NCBI RefSeq assembly: GCF_000039765.1
Contig: NC_004459.3
Span: 1,710,001 to 1,742,000 of the forward strand
Length of the DNA stretch: 32,000 nt
Source of the DNA: Vibrio vulnificus CMCP6
Lineage (GTDB): Bacteria > Pseudomonadota > Gammaproteobacteria > Enterobacterales > Vibrionaceae
Direction: 5' to 3'
Shown: positions 26,121 to 32,000 of the stretch, piece by piece
How the letters are laid out: each line of letters starts with the position of its first letter
Numbering within the stretch: the stretch's first letter is position 1
Notes under the pieces: generated by a model
Database searches by the model: none
What the model was told of the DNA's origin: nothing
What the model saw: the letters and a program-made list of their open reading frames with translations, nothing else
Program-made: the position numbers and the translations under genes

Positions 26121-27587
26121 ATGAAAATTTTGATTTTAGTCTTTACGTTAGGCGTGCTGAGTGTCTTTACCGCTTACGGAGCGACACAAACGGGGAAAGT
26201 GGTCACGGTACCGCATCACAAATCGACGTTTGTTGCGTTGTCAGGTAAAGCAAAACGCGTCTCGCTTGGCGATCCTGAAGTGTTAGACATCGTGATGTTG
26301 AAATCCGATGAACTGTTCTTGATCGGTCGTAAGTTAGGCTCAACAAACCTAATGGCATGGGACAGCCGCGGGAACTTAATTGAATCGATCAACATTGAAG
26401 TCACACACGATCTCAATAGCCTCAAGCAAAAGCTTTATGAGTTTCTGCCAGAGGAACCGATTCAAGTCCACAGTGCGCAAAATCGCTTAATTTTAAGTGG
26501 TATGGTCAGCACTCAAGAAAAAATGAACATCGCTCTGCGTGTGGCAGAAACCTATGCGGCGGGGCAACAAGCGGATGAAGCCACGGCCTCGTTAAACAGT
26601 CAGGTAGAAAAAAGTGGCGTGATCAACTTAATGACGATCGGCGGTGCCCAGCAGGTGATGCTAGAAGTGACCGTGGCAGAAGTGCAGCGCAGCTTGGTCA
26701 GACGTTTTGACTCTAACTTCCACTTTTTCGAAAACAACGGCAGCTTCTCATGGGGGGCAACTTCCGCTGGCGGCATCATTGATGACATCGGTGGCGGTGT
26801 AGGCCCTATCTTCAACGTGCCGGGGATCGACAGCACCGGGTTATTGAGCACCTTCATTGATGGCGACACCCTGTTTACTTTTGCATTAGACATTGCCAAA
26901 GAAAATGGCGTGGCCAAAGTATTGGCTGAGCCGAATTTGACGGCGTTAAGTGGCGCGAAAGCGGAGTTTCTTGCTGGTGGTGAGTTCCCGATTCCAGTAC
27001 CAGACAGCGATGGTGTCACCATTGAATACAAAGAGTATGGGGTGGGATTGAAGTTTGTTCCGACCATCTTGAGTGACAAACGCATCAATCTTAACTTGGC
27101 GGTGGACGTGAGTGAAATCGCGGCTTCCAATACGCTGACCTTAAGCCCGGGTGGCACCAATGCCAGCTATTTTATTCCCCCCATCACACGTCGCTCAGCG
27201 TCTTCAACCTTAGAGCTTGCGGATGGTCAAACCATCGGTATTGCGGGTCTCTTGAGTGAAAATGTACGCGATGTCAGTAGCAAAATGCCCGGCTTTGGCG
27301 ATATTCCAGTCTTGGGACAACTCTTTAGTAGCCAAGATTATATTTCCGGTGAAACCGAACTGGTGATTTTGGTGACGCCAAGGCTCGCGAAGCCAATCGA
27401 CCGTAGCAAAATTACGCTGCCGACCGATGCCTTTGTCGAACCGAGCGATCTGAAATATTACTTACTTGGTGTCGGTGCTTATATCGCAGAATCGCCCACC
27501 AACGCGAATGCGGCTGCGCAACCTGAGCCCGAGTTTCTACAAAATGGGCAGGGTGGCACTGAAGGTGAATTTGGTCACAGCCTGTAA
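26121..27587 (+). CDS. cpaC: Secretin CpaC/RcpA
   Basis: 488 aa: signal peptide, VMLEVTVAEVQRS, VLAEPNLTALSGAKAEFLAGGEFPIP, GVGLKFVPTIL, ELVILVTPRLAKPI (secretin domain). Confidence 0.94.
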   Translation: MKILILVFTLGVLSVFTAYGATQTGKVVTVPHHKSTFVALSGKAKRVSLGDPEVLDIVMLKSDELFLIGRKLGSTNLMAWDSRGNLIESINIEVTHDLNSLKQKLYEFLPEEPIQVHSAQNRLILSGMVSTQEKMNIALRVAETYAAGQQADEATASLNSQVEKSGVINLMTIGGAQQVMLEVTVAEVQRSLVRRFDSNFHFFENNGSFSWGATSAGGIIDDIGGGVGPIFNVPGIDSTGLLSTFIDGDTLFTFALDIAKENGVAKVLAEPNLTALSGAKAEFLAGGEFPIPVPDSDGVTIEYKEYGVGLKFVPTILSDKRINLNLAVDVSEIAASNTLTLSPGGTNASYFIPPITRRSASSTLELADGQTIGIAGLLSENVRDVSSKMPGFGDIPVLGQLFSSQDYISGETELVILVTPRLAKPIDRSKITLPTDAFVEPSDLKYYLLGVGAYIAESPTNANAAAQPEPEFLQNGQGGTEGEFGHSL

Positions 27588-27597
27588 GGAGAGAGAG

Positions 27598-27852
27598 ATG
27601 AAAACCTATTTTGCACTACTTTTTATGGCTGTCTCTTTTTTAAGTGGCTGTGCAAATGATGCGCCTTTGGGCCAACATGTGGCTAAACTTAAAGCAGAGC
27701 AAACCTATAATCCAGACGCAACCCAGGAAAACCTGGACCTTATTCCTTACGGCAGTGGCGATAAAATGGACAGCGCTTATCAGCTTTACCTCGGTAAGAA
27801 AACTGAAAGCATGTCGAGTAGTAGTAGCCAAGTTATCAACGGTTTTAAATAA
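27598..27852 (+). CDS. Small Tad-locus lipoprotein; start trimmed from the ORF-track position 27466
   Basis: 84 aa MKTYFALLFMAVSFLSGC|ANDAPLG: signal with LSGC lipobox. GGAGAGAG SD immediately upstream of the ATG at 27598. Confidence 0.85.
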   Translation: MKTYFALLFMAVSFLSGCANDAPLGQHVAKLKAEQTYNPDATQENLDLIPYGSGDKMDSAYQLYLGKKTESMSSSSSQVINGFK

Positions 27853-27871
27853 CGGCCGTTAAGGATGCATT

Positions 27872-29092
27872 ATGGACATGACCAGACACTGCAAGGGAAA
27901 ACGTAAGCAACAAGGCTTAGTGCTGGTCTTGGTGACGGTAGCGATGTTGAGTTTTGTCATCATGGCGGCATTGGCGATTGACGTCACTCATCAAGTGGTG
28001 AATCGCACCAAATTGCAAAATGCCGTCGATGCGGCGGCCTTAGCTGCGGCCATGGTGGCAGACGCCACTCACGATACTCCCACCGCAACGGCGGCCGCCA
28101 AAACAACACTTAACTCCATGCATAGCGCCTCAGGAAACAGTGAGCTGGATATCGACTCGGCCACCTTCAGTATTGATTATTCCAACGACCCTTTGACGTT
28201 CCCCGATAGCAGTTTCAACAGTGATGAGGACATTTATGTCCGAATTTCGATTGATGATCTGAGCCTCAGCGAATTTTTTATGCAGGCGCTGGGGTTGAGT
28301 AAAACCGTCTCAGCTTCTGCAGTCGCAGGGCCAAGCTCAAGCATTAACACCATTAGTAACGTCGTGCCCATTGGCGTATGCAAAGGCGATGAGAGTGGTG
28401 GTATTTACGGTTATAACCCTGCTGAAGTTTATGTGCTTAAAGTGGGGGACTCGACCATGACCACCATGGGATCGGGTAATTACCACTTGCTCGACTTTGG
28501 CTCGGGGGCGGACACCGTGAGAGAGGCTTTAGGTGGTGGCTATGAGGGTACCGTACAAATCGGTGGCGATATTGGCACCCAGACTGGTGTGGCAGCAGGT
28601 CCGGTGGGGCAAGGCGCGAATACTCGCTTGGGGATCTACCAAGGTGGCGTTTCGAGTAGTGATTACCCCCCCGACTTTATTACCGAACAACCCGATACAC
28701 CCGCGACGGTCGATACCGATGGCAATGTGGTTTATGACTATGCAACGGATTTGACCTATGCTGAATATAAGCTCAAAACCGAAGCGTGCATTGAAGACAG
28801 TAGCTCTGGAGATTGTGAGTCGGGTGGTCAGCCATGGCGACGTATCCTGCCCGTTCCAATGGTGGACTGTACGGGAAAAAGTGGCGGCTCGACGACCTAT
28901 TCTGTTGTAGAGGTGGGCTGTTTTTTCTTGCTTCAGCAGGTCCCAACAAACAACTCGGGTTTAGGGCAATTGGTGTTTGGTGAGTTTGTTGACTCTTGTG
29001 TGGTGGAAAACGGCTCAATTGGCAACACACCGGGAAACCAAGGTGCTTATAAGATCGTCATCTATGAAGATCCAAACAATGGAGATTCGTGA
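27872..29092 (+). CDS. tadG: TadG-like pilus assembly protein
   Basis: 406 aa. KQQGLVLVLVTVAMLSFVIMAALAIDVTHQVVNRTKLQNAVDAAALAAA is the TadG-type N-terminus. Confidence 0.82.
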   Translation: MDMTRHCKGKRKQQGLVLVLVTVAMLSFVIMAALAIDVTHQVVNRTKLQNAVDAAALAAAMVADATHDTPTATAAAKTTLNSMHSASGNSELDIDSATFSIDYSNDPLTFPDSSFNSDEDIYVRISIDDLSLSEFFMQALGLSKTVSASAVAGPSSSINTISNVVPIGVCKGDESGGIYGYNPAEVYVLKVGDSTMTTMGSGNYHLLDFGSGADTVREALGGGYEGTVQIGGDIGTQTGVAAGPVGQGANTRLGIYQGGVSSSDYPPDFITEQPDTPATVDTDGNVVYDYATDLTYAEYKLKTEACIEDSSSGDCESGGQPWRRILPVPMVDCTGKSGGSTTYSVVEVGCFFLLQQVPTNNSGLGQLVFGEFVDSCVVENGSIGNTPGNQGAYKIVIYEDPNNGDS

Positions 29093-29093
29093 G

Positions 29094-29531
29094 ATGAAAA
29101 GAAAGATGAACAACCAAAAAGTGCGTGGGTTTGCCGCGGTCGAAATGGTCGCCACTCTGCCAGTGATTTTGTTGATTCTAGTGGGCGTGGTGGAAGTCGG
29201 GCATATGTTTACCCAGTACAACACCCTCGCCAAAGGAGTACAAAATGGTGCTCGTTTTGCTGTCAATGATGTCTATGGAACCATTACCTATGACCAGATT
29301 GCCAACGAAGCTGACATTAAAAACATGGTGCTACATGGCCAAGTCTCTGGCGGCAGCTACACCATTTTAGACAACTTAACCGCAGACGATATTACGGTGA
29401 CCCATAATAGCGGCTATGTCACGGTGACGGCCTCTTACACTTACGTACCATCGTTTAGCAAAATTCCGTACACCAACACGGAATTAGGCATCACGTTCAC
29501 AGCGTCTTCTGTGATGAGGAGCGGCTTGTGA
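29094..29531 (+). CDS. tadE: TadE-like pseudopilin; start trimmed from the ORF-track position 28977
   Basis: RGFAAVEMVATLPVILLILVGVVEVGHMFTQYNTLAKGVQNGARFAV, the TadE-type motif. Confidence 0.85.
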   Translation: MKRKMNNQKVRGFAAVEMVATLPVILLILVGVVEVGHMFTQYNTLAKGVQNGARFAVNDVYGTITYDQIANEADIKNMVLHGQVSGGSYTILDNLTADDITVTHNSGYVTVTASYTYVPSFSKIPYTNTELGITFTASSVMRSGL

Positions 29532-30046
29532 TGCGAGGTAAGGAATGGAAGAAAAAAAATAACCAAGGACTGGCAGTGATTGAACTGACCATTGTCTCAA
29601 CTGTGTTGATGTTGGTACTGCTGTCAATCTTCTCCGTTGGTTACTACATGTTTTCGATGCAGATGATTAATGAGGCGACACGTAAAGCGGCACGCTTAGC
29701 AACGGTTTGCTATGTCACCTCAAGCGCGCACCAAAACATCAAAGACGCCGTCATTGATAGCAGTTTGCCCGGCAATTTCAGTGATCAGCATTTGCTGATT
29801 GAGTATCTCGACGCCAATGGCGATGTGGTCAGCGGGGACTTAACCGATAATGATGTTTTTATAACCATAAAATACGTTAGAGCTAGAGTGAGTAACTATC
29901 AATTTCAATTTGTTTCAGTTCTTAATTTTTTAGGAAACAACGGCTTAGTGACCATTCCGCAATTTGAAACCACGCTACCTGTCGAGAGTTTAGGGGTGGT
30001 GAGACCAACTAAAAACGATTCGGATGGTTCCACAACTGACTGCTAG
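29528..30046 (+). CDS. tadF: TadF/TadE-like pseudopilin
   Basis: NQGLAVIELTIVSTVLMLVLLSIFSVGYYMFSMQMINEATRKAARLATVC; overlaps the upstream gene. GTG at 29528 or ATG at 29531 could be the start. Confidence 0.8.
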   Translation: MMRGKEWKKKNNQGLAVIELTIVSTVLMLVLLSIFSVGYYMFSMQMINEATRKAARLATVCYVTSSAHQNIKDAVIDSSLPGNFSDQHLLIEYLDANGDVVSGDLTDNDVFITIKYVRARVSNYQFQFVSVLNFLGNNGLVTIPQFETTLPVESLGVVRPTKNDSDGSTTDC

Positions 30047-30056
30047 GGGACGGTAT

Positions 30057-31274
30057 ATGGGAGAAGCTGTGAAGCTAAATAGGAACAATGATGAAAGTTT
30101 TGCTCGCTTAAAGACCAGTCTACATATCTGGGTGTTGTACAGTAGCGACCGATTTCAGCTTCATATGGGGGCGCAACTCAAGTTGTGCAAAAACCTCAGT
30201 TTTGATCTGATTTCAATGCACAACTTCAATGTCTCAGGGCTCACGCACGTGACGCCACCCGATCTTATTTTTGTTGAAACTGGGCCCAATTGGGCACAAA
30301 AAGTGCTCTCATTGCAAGAATATGAAGCTCCCAGTGACGATTTCGAAGCCTCGTTGATTGTGTTTGGTGACGAAAGTGACAATGGCGCATTGAAAATTGC
30401 TTTGCGTCTGGGCGCGGCTGACTTTGTTTCTGATAAAGCCTTAGTGGGGGACTTCTTCCACCTACTCAAAAATGTTTCCGATGAGAAGTTTTCCAGCCGA
30501 GAGCTTGGAGAATTGCACTTATTTATTAACACCAAAGGCGGCTGCGGTGCCTCGACACTGGCCTTGAATACCGCCTTAGAAATAGCCGGTTCGCATCCGG
30601 AGAAAGTGCTTCTGCTGGATGTGGACATTCCCTTTGGCGTCATCTCTGAATACCTCAACATTTCACCGCAATACAGCTTAACGGACGTCATCGAGCACTC
30701 TAAGGATCTTGACCACGATTCGCTCACCGCCATGGTGACCAAGATGGAGAGTGGTTTGCACGTGTTGGGTTTTTTCCACGAAAACACCGCAGAAGATTTT
30801 GATAAAGCGAAGGAAATTGGCCGGTTACTGCCTGTTCTTCGCGAAATTTATCCTTACGTCATTATCGATCTGTCCCGTGGGGTGGATCGGATTTTCTCGG
30901 CGGTGGTCGCGCCCGCGACCAAGGTTTTCTTGATTACGCAGCAAAACCTGGCCGCGATTAAGAACACCTCGCGCATCCTGCGCATGTTGACCTTTGAGTA
31001 TGGTGTTACCCGAGAGCAGATCGAGTTGATTGTTAATCGATACGAGAAACGAGCATCAATCAAATTAAAAGACATTGAGCACACCATCACAGGCATTCCG
31101 GTTTTCATGATCCCGAATGATTACCGTGTTGCGATTGAAAGTGCCAATTTAGGGCGACCTTTTGTTGAGAACAAGAAAAACAGTGCGATTACCCGTTCCA
31201 TTGTCGAGTTTTCTCATCACATCGCGAAACCTGAGGAAGAGAAAAAAAGTTGGCTCAAGAAAATATTTTCTTAG
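30057..31274 (+). CDS. tadZ: TadZ/CpaE-like localisation ATPase; start trimmed from the ORF-track position 30024
   Basis: Receiver-like N-terminus followed by deviant Walker A NTKGGCGASTLALNTA, LLLDVDIPFG, YVIIDLSRG, LITQQNLAAIKNT. Confidence 0.88.
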   Translation: MGEAVKLNRNNDESFARLKTSLHIWVLYSSDRFQLHMGAQLKLCKNLSFDLISMHNFNVSGLTHVTPPDLIFVETGPNWAQKVLSLQEYEAPSDDFEASLIVFGDESDNGALKIALRLGAADFVSDKALVGDFFHLLKNVSDEKFSSRELGELHLFINTKGGCGASTLALNTALEIAGSHPEKVLLLDVDIPFGVISEYLNISPQYSLTDVIEHSKDLDHDSLTAMVTKMESGLHVLGFFHENTAEDFDKAKEIGRLLPVLREIYPYVIIDLSRGVDRIFSAVVAPATKVFLITQQNLAAIKNTSRILRMLTFEYGVTREQIELIVNRYEKRASIKLKDIEHTITGIPVFMIPNDYRVAIESANLGRPFVENKKNSAITRSIVEFSHHIAKPEEEKKSWLKKIFS

Positions 31275-31309
31275 AGAGTGCGAAAATTTAGAAACGAAAG
31301 GACAAGGTT

Positions 31310-32000
31310 ATGTTTTTTAAAAGAAAAAATATCAACCCAGAGTTTCAGGAAAAAGCAGCGGCACTAGAAGCGCAACCCAGTTCAACGATCAGTGATGAGG
31401 TTATATCTGACATTGAGTCCAATGTGCAGCCAATAGACTCAAACAGAGTCGAGCCGATGCAACAAGACAAAAAACTGCTGGAGCGTCAGGCGAAAGATAA
31501 AGCGGTTGAAGAGGCACGTAAACAACTCGAACAAGAGTTGGCGATTAAGCACTACTATCATCAGCGTTTGTTGGAAACATTGGATTTGGGCTTGTTGTCG
31601 AGTTTGGAAAAAGAGCGTGCGAAGAAAGATTTGCACGATGCCATCGTCCAGCTCATGGCGGAAGACCAAACCCACCCAATGAGCTCAGAAGGGCGTAAGC
31701 GGGTGATCAAGCAGATTGAAGATGAAGTGTTTGGTCTTGGGCCCCTAGAGCCATTACTGCATGACAAAACCGTGTCGGATATTTTGGTTAATGGTCCGAA
31801 AAACATCTTTGTCGAACGTCGCGGTAAGTTGGAAAAGACCCCCTATACCTTTTTGGATGATCGCCACTTACGCAACATCATCGACCGCATTGTTAGCCAG
31901 GTCGGGCGTCGTATTGATGAAGCCTCGCCCATGGTGGATGCGCGTTTGCTGGATGGTTCGCGAGTCAACGCAATCATTCCACCCTTGGCCCTCGACGGAG
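31310..32000 (+). CDS. tadA: TadA/CpaF secretion ATPase, 3'-truncated by the window edge; not in the ORF track
   Basis: Reads MFFKRKNINPEFQEKAAA...EVFGLGPLEPLLHDKTVSDILVNGPKNIFVERRGKLEKTPYTFLDDRHLRNIIDRIVSQVGRRIDEASPMVDARLLDGSRVNAIIPPLALDG, open to base 32000. Confidence 0.95.
   Translation, partial: MFFKRKNINPEFQEKAAALEAQPSSTISDEVISDIESNVQPIDSNRVEPMQQDKKLLERQAKDKAVEEARKQLEQELAIKHYYHQRLLETLDLGLLSSLEKERAKKDLHDAIVQLMAEDQTHPMSSEGRKRVIKQIEDEVFGLGPLEPLLHDKTVSDILVNGPKNIFVERRGKLEKTPYTFLDDRHLRNIIDRIVSQVGRRIDEASPMVDARLLDGSRVNAIIPPLALDG

Noticed and set aside
26600-27160. 186-aa minus-strand ORF antisense to the secretin gene
   Set aside because: Low-complexity shadow of the repetitive secretin coding sequence; the sense strand has clear secretin motifs.
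1-32000. CRISPR arrays, tRNA/rRNA genes, insertion sequences, phage or toxin-antitoxin modules
   Set aside because: Looked for regularly spaced repeats, tRNA-like ends, transposase/integrase motifs and small paired ORFs; none were convincing. The direct repeats present are short and have only 2-4 copies.

Overview
The window is Vibrio-like chromosomal DNA. That is an inference from gene order (nupC-deoCABD / ytjB / serB / PilZ / radA / second EF-G) and protein character. Left to right it contains: (1) the 3' end of a TatD-family (YjjV-like) nuclease, a nucleoside transporter (nupC) preceded by a perfect CRP-type palindrome, and the deoC-deoA-deoB-deoD operon, with a strong hairpin in every intercistronic gap; (2) ytjB(-), serB(+), a 782-aa tandem-PilZ protein (-) and radA(+); (3) a tightly packed three-gene set: 7TM/GGDEF protein, uncharacterised multipass membrane protein, HAD hydrolase; (4) a fusA paralogue, a LysR regulator, a DUF1127 small protein, a long-chain acyl-CoA-synthetase-like enzyme and an AraC regulator; (5) from about 23.09 kb to the right edge, a Tad/Flp pilus locus in a non-canonical order: flp1, flp2, tadV/cpaA, an unusual AAA+ ATPase, rcpC/cpaB, rcpA/cpaC secretin, a small lipoprotein, tadG-, tadE- and tadF-like genes, tadZ/cpaE and a truncated tadA/cpaF. 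flp1 (54 aa) and the tadA fragment are absent from the supplied ORF track. The best discovery candidates are the AAA+ ATPase with a wHTH-like N-terminus inside the Tad locus, the 84-aa lipoprotein in the position where RcpB/CpaD is usually found, the repeat-rich region between araC and flp1, and the GGDEF/membrane/HAD cassette. No tRNA, rRNA, CRISPR array or transposon was recognised.
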